DNA from: the human T2T-CHM13v2.0 reference genome, Homo sapiens
Strand: one strand, 5' to 3'
DNA: 64,000 bases
Assembly (NCBI RefSeq): GCF_009914755.1
Contig: NC_060932.1
Shown: one piece after another, positions 1-13,885 of the stretch
Position numbering within the stretch: the first letter of the stretch is position 1
Layout of the letters: every line of letters starts with the position of its first letter
The notes under the pieces: model-generated
Told to the model about the DNA's origin: nothing
What the model saw: only the letters and a program-made list of their open reading frames with translations
Databases searched by the model: none
Translations under genes and position numbers: made by a program

Positions 1-308
1 CAGAGTGGGACTCCATCTCAAAAAGAAAAAAAAAATACCTATGAAAAACAAAGACAACTTTTTAAAAACCTACTCTTTATCAAACATACATACCTAGGAA
101 TTTATCGTAAGGATAAAATTTAACAGAATTGAAAAGATAAGTGTGGCAATGTTAACTTGTTAACTATACTCTTATTTGTAAGAATAAAAACAAACAATAA
201 CAAAAGAAACTATGCATCAACTTGGAGGAGAATTCCGTGGCTTATAAAAATGATATCCCAAAAAACATAGAAAAATATTTATGATTACATATCAAATGAA
301 AATAGCAG

Positions 309-780
<472 letters not shown>

Positions 781-2035
781 AGAGAAAATAAGAGAATACA
801 AAATAACATTAGTAGTATAGCATGTTGGGTCAAAAACAGATTTTTGGAATATGACAATCCTGATCCAAATCACATTTAGTTACTTAGGAACTATGTGACT
901 TTGGGCATGTTCCTTATCCTTACTAAGGCTCTGTTTTCTCATTTGTAAACTAAGAATACCAATAGCACTAATTCTATCACATAGGAACAATGCTTTTGTT
1001 AACTGGAATTCACATTTAAAAATTTTATCGGAATGCCCCCATTAAAAATATTCATTTGAAAGTCATTTACACTCAAAAATTTCACCTTCTTTGCAACATA
1101 CTTTATATCTTAGATTTAAATTTCCATGTTCATCATGAAATAACTGACAGAATCTACTGCTGTGTTGTCAAATGTTTTGCAGAACTCGATAACTCTACAC
1201 TCTTCACAGTGAATAAGCCTTAAAAATTAAAACTAAGCAACTGAAAATAGAGTGCTAGTTATTTAAGGAAGTTATGGCTCTCATTGTTTTTTTCTTCCAT
1301 TGCATTCATGGCTCAACATCAAAGCCATTTATCTTATGAAAGGACTTCAATAAAGTTTCATTAGAAAACTTAATTAAGAGAAGTTGAAATATTAACAGAG
1401 TAGAAAAGAAGGAAATAATGATCAATCACATAAAATAGGAAAAGAAAGCAAAATTAGTGAAAAAGTACTTGTACAGAGAACAGATGAAATGGGTTAATGA
1501 AATGGAATAATAAATCTGTGTATAACTTTCACAGATGGCTATGATTCCAGATATGATATCTACATGCAGCATTTAGTATACTTGATAGTTTCTTTTTAAC
1601 TCACTCAGCAATTGTAAATCTATAAAATTTAGAAATGCTGAGATAATATGACTTGCTGTTTCTGGCTCATGGATTTGTCACTCAAGGCTGTGATACAAAA
1701 CACATTATCAAGCTCACCAGGCTGCCTCTTTCATTCAGTGGAAGAGGGCTGTAAAGGATACCATATTTGCCTACAAATGTTAACTAGCTCATTTGCTCCT
1801 GCATCATTGGCAGCACTTCATGAATGTCATAAATACCAACAGGCATTTCTATTGCCTCTTTTATAATAAGTTTATTGAGATATTTATACTTTTCTACCTA
1901 GAGATGTTTTTGATTATCATCAGTGCTACAAATTGGGATAACTGCAGTAGTAGATCCCAAGAGATTTCTATCCTGATAATTGGGGGTGGGAGTAGATGTG
2001 TTTCTTAGTTGGAAGGCACAGTTAAAAGTAATTTT

Positions 2036-2172
2036 AGTGGGCACAGTGCATCCACCTATAGTCTCAGTCACTCAGCAGGCTGAGCTGGGAGGATCGCTTT
2101 AGCCCAGGAGTTTGAGCCCAGCCTGGGTAACACAATGAGACCCCATCTCAAAAAATGATAATAAATAAATAA
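2036..2172 (+). mobile_element. Alu monomer (FLAM-like)
   Basis: ggaggatcgctttagcccaggagtttgagcccagcctggg + A-rich tail. Confidence 0.85.
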
Positions 2173-2583
2173 TAATTTTAGTTTCCCATTCACTTGATGC
2201 TTTTCATGATCAAGCGAAGGTTGGGCTAAAGATTCCAGTATTAGGAGGTTCCCAAAGACAGTTGAGAGTTGTATTTTCACGGGATCAATTTTCCTGGGGC
2301 TTAGGGCGATCTTAAAAGTCACAATCAGCTCTGAATTTGTTGCTACACAAGCAAAACTAAACTTATAAATCTGGACCCATTGCTATATATCACCTACATA
2401 ACAAGATGGGGCCATGCAGTGGAGTAGAATAAGGTGACCATAACGGAAGAAGCTGTAAACATCTTACACTGGAAAAATAGTGGAATAAAGAGCAGTGTCA
2501 GAGAAAATAGGCCATGTGGTAGCTCCAACATTTATGTAATCATTTATTTTGCTTCCTTGTATCCCTAGCTAAGCCTCTTCTTC

Positions 2584-2586
<3 letters not shown>

Positions 2587-2620
<34 letters not shown>
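2587..2620. repeat. (TG)17 microsatellite
   Basis: Perfect TG run. Confidence 0.99.
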
Positions 2621-2624
<4 letters not shown>

Positions 2625-3324
2625 GTTGTGTATCCTCTTCCTGATAAGATTCCCTCTTTACACCGGTACAATCAACTCCTTAATTGGAATTAGAATTTCT
2701 CTGTCTGGAATTTATACATATATCTTAGGATTGTATTTACCAGTAAAAAAAGCCCTTCAAGTTTACAAAGACTATATGGTAAGAAATCTAAGCTTAATTT
2801 TCCTTTCATTGCACTACTTGACTTACAACAGTAACCATGCAAATGGATTTATGCTTCAATGTGTAAAATGAAAGGACTTTCCTCCTTCACTTCGCACATG
2901 TACACATACACATCTGAAGGCATTTAGCAATGTGTCCAGCACAAAACAGACACTTAATTAATGTTACTTTCTGTTTCCTTTTGAAGAACAGTGTGTTAGC
3001 CACCTACACAACACATTAAGGAATTAATGGGCAAAGCAAAAGGCCAAGAGAGAATAGCTCAGTAGTTAGAAATATGAGCTTCGGTATCAGACCGGATTTT
3101 GAATTCTGGCCTTACCATTTAGCAGCTCTCTGTCCTTAGAAAGATCACTTAAACTCTGATTCTCAGTTTCCTCTGGTACAAAGTGAGGATAATACTACTT
3201 AGGCCATAGAATGTTTGTTAAAAGTAACAAGCTATTGCATGCATGCAACACACAAAGCACAGTTCCTAGAATATAATATGTACTCAATTATGAAAAGAAT
3301 TTTAATTTCTTTTTAAAACGGCAT

Positions 3325-4090
3325 ACCCACTAATCATTAGAGTAAAACACAAATCAAAACCACAATGAGATGTCACCTCATACCCATTAGGATGGCCACT
3401 ATCAACAAACCAGAAAATAACAAGTATTGGTGAGGATGAGGAGACATTTGAGTCTTTGTGTACCGCTGGTAGAAATGTAAAATGGTGTAGCTGCTCTTGA
3501 AAACAGCATGATTCCTCAAAAAACTAAAGACAGAATTACCATGTGAGGTAGCATCCCACTTCTGGGTATAAATACAAAAGAATATAAAGCAAGAGCGCAA
3601 AGAGGTATTTGTACACCTATATTCAATGCATCATTATTCACAAGAGCCAAGATGTGGAAGTAGCCTGAAATTCCGTTTATAAATGAATGGATAAAGGAAA
3701 CGTGTCATATACATATTTAGCCTTTTAAAAAAGAAGAAAATTTTGTTATATGCTACAACATCGATGAACCTTGAAGACATTATGCTTAGTAAAATAAGCC
3801 AGTCACAGAGGAACAAATACTGTATAATTCCACTTATGTAGAGCTATGTAGAGTAGGGGAAACCACGGAAACAGAAAGTAGAATGGTGGTTTCCAGGAGC
3901 TAAGGGGAGGGTGAAATGGGAGTTGTTATTTGATGGGCAAAGGATTTCGGTTTTGCAAGATGAAAAAGTTCTAGAGATCTGTTACCCAATAATGTGGATA
4001 CAGTTAACACTATTGTAATAGTGCACTTAAAAATGGTTAAGAGTATAAATTTATATTATGAGTTTTTCACCACAATTTTATCAAAAAAAA
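3325..4090 (+). mobile_element. L1MB-type LINE-1 3' end
   Basis: aaatcaaaaccacaatgagatgtcacctcatacccattaggatgg...; 3' UTR gatgaaaaagttctagagatct...cacttaaaatggttaag; A tail. Confidence 0.9.
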
Positions 4091-4484
4091 TAGGGCATAC
4101 TGAAAAAAAAAAAGTGCATCTTTAAGGATGTTCTCTCTAGCTCTTCTCCAACGCCAGAATACAGAATGAGGAGGAGAAAGGAGACATGAAAATAAAGAAA
4201 GTCAAAAACCATTTTTACCGTTCTTAAATTATGTTTATGGGATTCCTTCAGGTTAATGAGGAAAGAAAAATCTGTGTAACTGACAGCAAAAGCTAATTCG
4301 AAGCATCCTTTCTCCCTCAGCTTTGGGAATACTCAAAAGAGGGGACTAGAAATCACCCATTATAGATAAGAAAAGTCTGCGAATGTATTTATACAAATGC
4401 TTTGCCTTTGAATTGGAAGTAAGAATAGTTAAAAGAGAGGAAACAAAACTTTGAAAGGGAGGGAAGGAAGAAGGCACTGTAGAA

Positions 4485-4640
4485 AAATCTTACAGTTTGG
4501 AGTCAAGATGAGGAGTTTGAATCCTCTTTCTACTTGGTTATCCTCTCTGTGGATGACTTTGTCAGTAAAAATGGTGATGTTCATACTTTCTAACAGAGGT
4601 GTTGTGAGAACTAACTCAAGATATTATGTTTGAAATGTTC
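4485..4640 (+). mobile_element. MIR fragment
   Basis: tttggagtcaagatg...gtttgaatcct...agaggtgttgtgagaactaa resembles the MIR core. Confidence 0.6.
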
Positions 4641-5487
4641 TTTTCATCTCATGAAACATAATCCACATTTTACTTGTGATTTTACAGACGGCAAACAGTA
4701 GCTAATTACCACCCCAAGGAAAAACAGTAAGTAATTTCTACCTTCCTGCTCACGGGGCTGTAATCATTTATATTTTGACACTTGTTGCTAGTCTTGTTAA
4801 TGAATGTCAATATTAATTCAGTATGGGAAAGTGTGGGAAATTTCTATCTTCAAAGTGAAAATGTGACAACATACCCCCTGGGCATTAAAGGAAATAAAGC
4901 ATTCTTACTAAAACAAGGAAGAAATTTAATGTTTCTTAAGGGCAAATAAGTATCTCAAATCATAGCTCAAGAATGTGACTCTATTCATGGTTCTCCCTTT
5001 TTCTACAGATAATCTAAAATATTTACAAAAGGTAATAACCAAATTCACTTCCAAAGACAAAGGAGGGAATTTCACCATGAAAGAGAGGAAATGAAAGAAT
5101 TTTTGAACAATGAGGCTGATAGAACTATGGATTTTTTCCAAAAAGGAAATAATTAAATTTTTTTCCTTGGGGTTTTTAATTAAAGGTCCTCCACATCCTA
5201 AAGTATGATGGGGGTAATGTCCGTCGGAATACCTCTTGGAGTTAGTTCACAATACTGAGAATTAATGTTTCCTAAAATTGTGTTTCAGTAATGCTGCTTT
5301 CTATGTTTTCTTTTTTCTTGTATGTTGTAGCTTCAACAACAAAATACACTTAGTGGCTTTACTACTCTTGACTAACAGATTTGGGTGTTGAACAAGAAAA
5401 AACAGAAGAAAAATCTAAGTAGAACTCACTGGATATTAACAACCATGTGCCATTTTCTAAAATAGCTCAGACTTGTCTATAGCCTTG

Positions 5488-5650
5488 TTTCTTTTGTTTT
5501 GTTTTGTTCTCGCTCTGTCGCCCAGGCTGGGGTGCAATGGCACCATCTCAGCTCACAGCAGCCTTGGCCTCCTGGGTTCAGGCTCAGGTGATCCGCCCAC
5601 CTCAGCCTCCTGAAGGGCTGGGATTACAAGCATGAGCCACCATGCCCAGC
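5488..5650 (-). mobile_element. Alu monomer/truncated AluJ
   Basis: T-rich tail followed by ctcgctctgtcgcccaggctgg...atgagccaccatgcccagc. Confidence 0.9.
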
Positions 5651-5717
5651 TATAGTCTTGTTTCTTGATCAGTTTTGTTTGTTGGTTTGTTTTATTGGCA
5701 AAGAGAACTCATCAGAT

Positions 5718-5720
<3 letters not shown>

Positions 5721-5767
<47 letters not shown>
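5721..5767. repeat. (GT)23 microsatellite
   Basis: Perfect GT run. Confidence 0.99.
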
Positions 5768-5768
<1 letters not shown>

Positions 5769-7680
5769 TAACCCTTTCTCTGCTGGAGTTGGTTTACTTT
5801 ACTACTGAAATTTTTAAAATATTTGATTAAATATTTTATATTAATATTTATTTTTGCTTTATTTTAACATGAAAATTCAACCAGTATAATTTGGGTGGGG
5901 GGGAGGTGCATACTTAATATTAAAAGCACTCGCTTATGATCTTAATGAGTTCATTAAAGGAAAGTTATTAAGTAATATTACCATAGTAAAAGTAAAGTAA
6001 GTAAATGAAAGTTCAGCTCTATCTTCCAGTGGTTATTGCTTTTATTAGCTCACAATGAACCAACATTAGCTTCTTTTGCTAGTGTCTCTGAATACTAACA
6101 GTAAAGCAGTTCTGCTGGTTTCCACTTCACTGATCTACTCTTGATTTACATCAACGGTGAACCTTTCACTTAGTTACCTCTTTAGACTTGCTTTCCACAC
6201 ATCCTGTTTATGTGCAGTCAGCAGGAAGAAAACAAGAATGTGGATATGAGCAGGAAGAGAAAGATGAAGAAATAAAATGCTTTCAGAAAAGTAGAAATTT
6301 CTATGAAAGTCCCCAGCATATTTTTTTTAAACACTGGAAACGGTCTTTGTGAATCATCCAATCTGACTGTTTGTTAGCTGTCATCCAGCAAATCCTTGAA
6401 GATGAGGAACTTGAACGTTTAAATAGAAGTCGATGACACATTCTTTGTCATGTTTTCCTATTTCTCTAACTAAAACAAGAGTTTGCCATGGAGATGTTCT
6501 TGAATTAGGCTTCACATCTGTGGCATTATGGTTTACAGAAATAAACCAGACTCCCTAGAATTGGAGTCTGGATTCTAGCTAGACATGACTGTCCAGTGAT
6601 GTGACCTTGGGCAATTTTCCTTAATTCACAAGGCCTTACGTACCCTCTGGAGTTACCTAAAATCTCTACCTTTAGAGATTAAGGGATATTGAATTTCACA
6701 AGAATTCATAAACCCATAAACAAGAATTCCAGAGATGAAGGCATCAGATTGATTGCCCTATTGGATCAGGAAGAGGCAGAAAGCTCCACCATGAGGTGTG
6801 GGAATAAAGAGCAGATACAGTTGATTGAGGTTGAGCGTGTCAATGAAAGCAGAAATGTGGTGGGGTATCCTGGCATCTGTATACTGCTCTTCTTTACCCC
6901 AAGGACATTCACGGTTGGCTGAGATGCCTGGGAGTGACATGGCTTGAGAGCAGGTTTTTGAAGGATGAAAAGAGGATATTTGCCTAAAAGTGTCACCAGG
7001 AAGCAAAGAGAAAGCCATTGTCCTTGTACTTGGCAATAAAGTTCAAGAGTAAGACTATATCTGAGATTGCAAAGAAAGAATAGCAGGTTAAATATGGAGG
7101 CATGGACAACATTATAAAAAGTGTATCTTTGTTCAAGTAACACATACTCATTGTTGAAAAGTTAAAAGGTACAGATAATCACAAAATAAACTCACTACAG
7201 ATAAGTGCAGAAAAAATAAGCACTGTGAACATTTTGCTGCACATCATTGCAGGCTTTTCATAGATAAACCTTCTGCAGGTGTAAAAAGTATCAGATTCAA
7301 ATATCTGTGGGTTGTGCTTGCTAGACAACTCTTAAGCTGTGTATTGTTAAAATAAACCTTATATAATGTATTGTAGCTTATTGTGAAAGGGTCAAGAAAT
7401 CAAGATAGCTGTTTCTCTTATTTCCATTAAAAATCTATTCATTTCATGTTAGGAGGACAGTTAACTTGTTACCAAGCAGAACTGTATTTAAAACAAATTC
7501 GAAAACTATTCATAACCTATATGTATTTAGTCCTGGTTAGACATAAAGCTTCACAGTGCTGTTTTATGCATCACATTAACCAGCTATAAAACACACAGGA
7601 CTTTATCTATAGCAGACAGAGAATTTCAGGATTTATATACAGATACCCTACAAAGTCATGTGATTTTAAAATCAGTGTTT

Positions 7681-7989
<309 letters not shown>

Positions 7990-8094
7990 TTCAGTGTTTT
8001 ATTATTAAGAACTATCAAGTTACTTGTAAAACTATTCTAATTAAAAGTGGGTCTAAATATTTTCCAAAAAATAGGTTTATGCTCTATATACTGT

Positions 8095-8500
8095 TTTTTA
8101 ATTGAGGTGGAATTCACATAACATAAAATTAATTTACACTTTGAAGTGAACAATTCAGTGGCTATTAGCATATTCACAGTGTTGTGCAACCAGCACATCC
8201 ATCTAGTTTCGGAAGCATTTCATCACCCCAGCTGGAAACCTGGTACCATTAAACAGTTGGTCTCCATTCCTCCCTCCCCCTAGTGTCTGGCAACCACTAT
8301 TCTATGTTCTAGCTCTAAGGATTTACCTACTCTGGATATTTCATATAAATAGAATCATACAATGTCTGACCTTTTGTGTCTAGCTTCTCTCACTTAACAT
8401 AATGTTTCTGAGATTCATACATGCTGTACTATCAATACTTTTGTAAAAAGTTTTAATACTTATTATGATTGAATAATATTCCACTGCATATATATATAAT
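8095..8500 (-). mobile_element. L1MB-type LINE-1 3' end
   Basis: attcacataacataaaatt...ttcagtggctattagcatattcacagtgttgtgcaacc...tttcatataaatagaatcatacaat. Confidence 0.9.
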
Positions 8501-8762
8501 ATATATATTATAGAAAGCATATGAAATTTTAATTAGAGGAATTTGTTCTAATTCTTTTTAAAGTATTGGTGTAGGGTTCCCTAGTTATTTAGACTATTTC
8601 TCCTCTTCCTAATGAAAAAAAAAACATATTTTCCAAAAGTTGGGAAACAGGCTATAGCTACAACCACAACCGGTCCAACCTCCCTCTTACCCCCACCCTC
8701 ACTCCCACCCATGTCTCTGCTCTCATCTCCCACCCCAACACTCACTCTAAAAAGTTAACAAT

Positions 8763-9103
<341 letters not shown>

Positions 9104-9223
9104 TTAAGTAAAATTTTCAAAATGTTTAAAATATACACAGGTATTAGGCCCGCTAGATCCAACACCTTTATGTCAATAGTAAGATGCACATACAAGACTT
9201 GGTGAGGATATAATTGTTTGCTA

Positions 9224-9392
9224 CAGACAGTCCCCTACTTAAGATGGTTCAACTTGCATTTTTTCACTTCACAATAGCTCAAAAGTGGTTCACTTTCTGT
9301 ACATTCCTCAACTTAAAATGGGCTTGCTATGGTATTTTCAACTCAGGATGGGTTTATCAGGATGTGACTCCATTGGTAGTCAGGAGCATCTG
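9224..9392 (-). mobile_element. MER47/Tigger-type non-autonomous DNA transposon
   Basis: Imperfect terminal inverted repeats cagacagtcccctact.../...agtcaggagcatctg flanked by TA on both sides; internal gatgggtttatcaggatgt. Confidence 0.8.
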
Positions 9393-9624
9393 TATTTGCA
9401 CATATCTAGGTGATGCTTAGCATTTCCAACTAGGCTTCCTAAATTTATTTTAAATGGTTGGTATTATTTTGAATTGTGTTCACTAATACAATGTAACAAA
9501 AATGTTTTAAAATACAATGATAAATAAGTTTAAGCAGATTTTAAATGAGTTAGTGAAAGCACCGGAGTATTTCTGCCATTTTCTTTAAGGAAACTATGCT
9601 TATTTTGGAATTGTGATAGACATT

Positions 9625-9928
9625 TCCTCTTTGAGTAAAGACAGGGTCATGCTGTGTCACCCAAGCTGGAGTGCGGCTGCACAATCATAGCTTGCTGTAA
9701 CCATGAACTCCTGGGCACAAGGGATTCTCCTGCCTCAGCTTCCCAAGTAGCTGGGATTACAGGCATGTGACATCATGCCTGGCTAATTTTTTTGTTTAAG
9801 TTTAGTTTTTGTAGAGACAGAATCTTGCTGTATTGTCCAGACTGGTCTCAAACTCCTGGCTTTGAGTGATCCTCCTGCCTCGGCCTCCCAAAGTGCTGGG
9901 ATTACAGGCATGAGCCACCACACCCGAC
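9625..9928 (-). mobile_element. AluJ-like element
   Basis: gacagggtcatgctgtgtcacccaagctggagtgc...gagccaccacacccgacc. Confidence 0.92.
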
Positions 9929-10368
9929 CATCAACACATTTTTATTACACTAAGCATTTGGTTACATTTCTTTCCAGTTTCAGCTTTTGTTTTGAATAAC
10001 CTAAAAGTGCTTCTCACAAGGCAAAAATAACATCCCATGTTAAGTTCCATAGAGAATATCACTTTGGATGCTGCAAGCTTTTGCCTTTTTAAAAACATTA
10101 GAAGTTGTAATGGATGAAAAGAAGCCAGAAAAGGAGACTGAGAAGAGCCAGAAATGTAAGAGGGAAATCAAGAGCATGTAGTATGGATGAAGCCAGGAAG
10201 GAGTTTCAAAGAAGAGAAAGAGTGATTATAGAAGAACCAGGGAGATAGGTGCTTGCTACACATTCCCACCTGATGACTTCACTTCCCCTCCTCTCCTGAA
10301 CCCTTTCTCTATGCCTGAAAGCACAGTCAGTTCTCCCCTGGCTACCAGTAACCTCCTTCGTTCAGAAC

Positions 10369-10665
10369 GGCCGGGCGGGGTGGCTCACGCCTGTAATCCC
10401 AGTGCTTTGGGAGGCCAAGGCGGGTGGATCACGAGGTCAGGAGTTCAAGACCAGCCTGGTCAACATGGTGAAACCCCGTCTCTACTAAAAACTACAAAAA
10501 TTAGCTGGGCGTGGTGGTGGGCGCCTGTGGTCCCGGCTACTCAGGAGGCTGAGGCAGAAGAACCGCTTGAACCTGGGAGGCGGGGGTTGCAGTGAGCTGC
10601 GATTGCGTCACTGCACTCCAGCCTGGGCAACAGGGCGAGACACCATCTCAAAAAAAAAAAAAAAA
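10369..10665 (+). mobile_element. AluS (Sg-like)
   Basis: ggccgggcggggtggctcacgcc...ggatcacgaggtcaggagttc; A tail. Confidence 0.96.
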
Positions 10666-11197
10666 TTGTTATGAACATGGGAGGCTAAGAACACCATTCC
10701 TATTGGGGGAAAAAAAAAGAAAATGGGAAGGAAATGTAAGTGTAATAGCATATCTGAAAGAGCTTTGGAATCTATAGGACACTGTGTACATGATGGAAGT
10801 CAGAGGAAATGTCTGCTGGTCTAGATTACACAGATGTACCTTTCAGTGGAAAAGAGTTATAACAACATGGGTCAGACGTGACAGTGAATCCACCATCTTA
10901 GCAGGAGGAACTATTACATGTGAAACAGTTCACCAGCAAATTCTTCATAATTTGCTATTCATACTGCCTGTATTTCATCACCAATGATTCACTCCTTATT
11001 CTCTGACCTTTAGTTTCCCCTTCTGCCTTAATGCCCTTGTGCTGTGAATGTTGTGCAGAGTTCTTTCAAAAGCTCAGATTTTAAATGGACAGGTACAAAA
11101 ATTTGTAGCAGAGATATAAAATAAAAAACAAATTGAGAGTCATGTCTGGACCTCTATGAATAATGCTAGGATGCCAAATCTTTAAATGAGTTCATGA

Positions 11198-11440
11198 AGC
11201 CAGGAGTTCAAGGTAAGCCTGGGAAACTTAATGAGATCCTCACTTCTATAAAATAATAAAAAATAAAAAAAATTAGTGAGGCATGGTGCCGCGCACCTGA
11301 AGTCTCAGCTACTCAGAAGGCTGAGGCAGGAGGATTCCTTGAGTCCAGGAGTTTGAGACTGCAGTGAGCCATGACTGCATCAGTGCACTCCAGCCTGAGT
11401 GACACAGCAAGACCCCATCCCTAAAAATAAATAAATAAAT
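11198..11440 (+). mobile_element. 5'-truncated AluJ
   Basis: gccaggagttcaagg...gaggcaggaggattccttgagtccaggagtttgagactgcagtg; (TAAA)n tail. Confidence 0.88.
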
Positions 11441-11924
11441 GAGTTTAGACTTGAGAAAGCAATTAATGTTGAGAAATAATGAAGACAAGAAGGATTTCTT
11501 ATCATTAGTGATGGTGGCGCAATGTTTAACAGGTGAAAATAAACACTTGGAACTACACAACTTCTGTCTGATCCTCTTCTTTTCTATCAAGAAAAATAAT
11601 TTCAATGAAAACTTTCAGCACTTGGAAAAGATAAAACAAGCACATTTAAGAAAGACCCAAAGTTCATTTGATAGATGAGGAATATTAATTCCATTTAGTT
11701 ATTTTCATTGTTCAAGAGAAATACTTTTCAGAGCACTAAAAGGAGTTGTCCATGTCAGCACACGTCTGTTCTCAGTAATCTTTTAAAAATTTCAGAGAGG
11801 GATCTAAGCATGATCTAATGTAAGAACAGAAAAAAAATTCTGTCTTCTAAAATGCACACACTGGACAAGGTTGCTGTGATTCCCAGTGCAGCTTTCTAGT
11901 AATTGGTTACCATGGAAAGGAGTA

Positions 11925-12510
11925 AGTGGCTTCCTGATACAGCTGGCTGACTGGATGCATGCATTTACCTTTCTTCCCAAATCCCATAGAAATGTCAGGA
12001 GAGTAAAATTAAGTAAAAATAAATCTCCATAAATTTTAGAAAATTCAGAAGGGGTTATTGGAGTATATTGAAGAATTTCTGGAATATATTGATGCTGAAA
12101 TATAACAGAGCTAAGCAACCCATGAATCCAGACCCATGAACAAGAACTTTAAAAATAAAAGATTGCCCAGCAGAATTCTGCAAAAGTCTCACAATCAAAA
12201 TAAACAGGCTGGATGGAAAAAGTAAGCCCTGGGCAGGGGCCAGGCAAAAAGTAAAAGCAGAGCTGGTCCTCATGCCACCTAAGGTCCGCTGCTGATGTGT
12301 GCTCCAGGCTGTACATAGTGAGAGCTTCTGTGTAAAAGATTCTCAAGATGGACACTCAGTCCAGAGAGTTAGGGCCTCACCACCAGCTAATGATAGCTGC
12401 ATATTCTGTAAACAAACCATACTAACATCTTAAAGAAAAGCCCACCTTCTCTCTGCCACACGTAGCTGCTTGAGTCAGAGCTGGTTTAATCCAAACTTAA
12501 GCTTCTAGCC
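11925..12510 (+). mobile_element. HAL1/old L1ME-like 5' region
   Basis: cttcctgatacagctggctgactggatgcatgcatttacctttc resembles the HAL1 5' end; the element appears to continue beyond 13100 after younger insertions. Confidence 0.45.
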
Positions 12511-12530
12511 ATGCAAACAAGAATTCTTTA

Positions 12531-13089
12531 TTTTATTTACTTATTTTTAACTTGTATTTTAGGTTCAGTGGTACACGTGCAGGTTTGTTACACAGGTAAA
12601 CTCGTGTCATGGGGGTTTGTTGTACAGATTGTTTCATCACCAGGTACTAAGCCAAGTACCCAGTAGTCTCTTTTTCTGATCTTCTCCCTCCTCCCACCCT
12701 CCAACCTCAAAGTAGACCCCAGTGTCTGTTGTTCACTTCTTTGTGTTCATGTGTTCTCATCATTTAGCTCCCACTTATAAGTGAGAACATGGGCATTTGG
12801 TTTTCTTGTGTTAGTTTGCTAAGGCTAATGGCCTCCAGCTCTATCCATGTTCCCACAAAAGACACGGTCTCATTCTTTTTTATGGCTGCATAGTATTCCA
12901 CAGTGTATATATACCACATTGTCTTTATCCAGTCTACCACTGATGGGCATTTAGGTTGATTCCGTGTCTTTGTTATTGTGAATCGTGTTGCAATGAACAT
13001 TTGCATGCATGTCTCTTTATGGTAAAATAATTTATATTCCTTTGGTTACATATCCAGTAATGGGATTGCTGCGACGAGTGGTAGTTCTG
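12531..13089 (-). mobile_element. 5'-truncated L1PA (older primate subfamily) with TSD
   Basis: gtacacgtgcaggtttgttac...agctcccacttataagtgagaacat; ORF2 C-terminus (KTRNQPKCPS..WIKTMWYIYT); TSD gcaaacaagaattcttta 12513-12530 / gcaatcaagaattttta 13090-13106. Confidence 0.93.
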
Positions 13090-13185
13090 GCAATCAAGAA
13101 TTTTTACACTCTCCAGAAACCAATAATCTTTGAATTAGTATCCTGTCTATTAAAATGACCAAACAACCAAAAATATGTACAGAGA

Positions 13186-13529
<344 letters not shown>

Positions 13530-13764
13530 TCAATAATCAGAAACTACAACCTGGGAAAATGCAATATAGGGCACAGAATAAGGTGCTGAAATAAGTATGT
13601 TTCATGTCTTCAGGGAGATTCTAGGGAGTTCCAAACCCATAAAAATTAAAATAAAAATGGCCACTAAACACTAATAAAGATTTTTAAGATTATTAAGATA
13701 TTTACAATAAGTAAAAGAGTTGGAAAAAAGGGAAGCAGTGATCATTCCAAGTCCATATGAACTG

Positions 13765-13885
13765 ATGAAGCACAAGTCATGCCTCAATCATTTCATTTCC
13801 TGTTTTTAGAGGTCATCAGACTAGTAGATCGGGGAATGCCAGTGGCATCATATGTCTTGTGTCTAGAAAGCCATTAAATTATTGT
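13765..13885 (+). mobile_element. L3/CR1 RT fragment
   Basis: aagtcatgcctcaatcatttcatttcc...agactagtagatcggggaatgc matches a recalled CR1 RT segment. Confidence 0.55.

Larger units (their letters stand above)
1193..6436 (+). pseudogene. Candidate decayed multi-exon gene with RGS-domain-like remnants (putative unitary pseudogene)
   Basis: Exon-like blocks 4252/4321-4418 (..ctccctcag|..GGAA|gtaaga), 4688-4726 (ttttacag|..ACA|gtaagt), 5009-5145 (ttttctacag|) and 5379-~5422 join in compatible phases; 6186-6436 (ctctttag|) is one ~83-codon frame with a single internal TGA. Translations include KFIEIFILFYLE, EMKEFLNNEADRTMDFF, SYLRKLWLSLFFSSIAF and FYESPQHIFF..IIQSD, which resemble RGS helices by eye. 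Confidence 0.5.

Noticed and set aside
5082-5145. Resemblance of EEMKEFLNNEADRTMDFF to a coagulation-factor Gla domain
   Set aside because: The ExC..ExC cysteines and the Gla exon boundary are absent; the RGS-like reading fits the neighbouring segments better.
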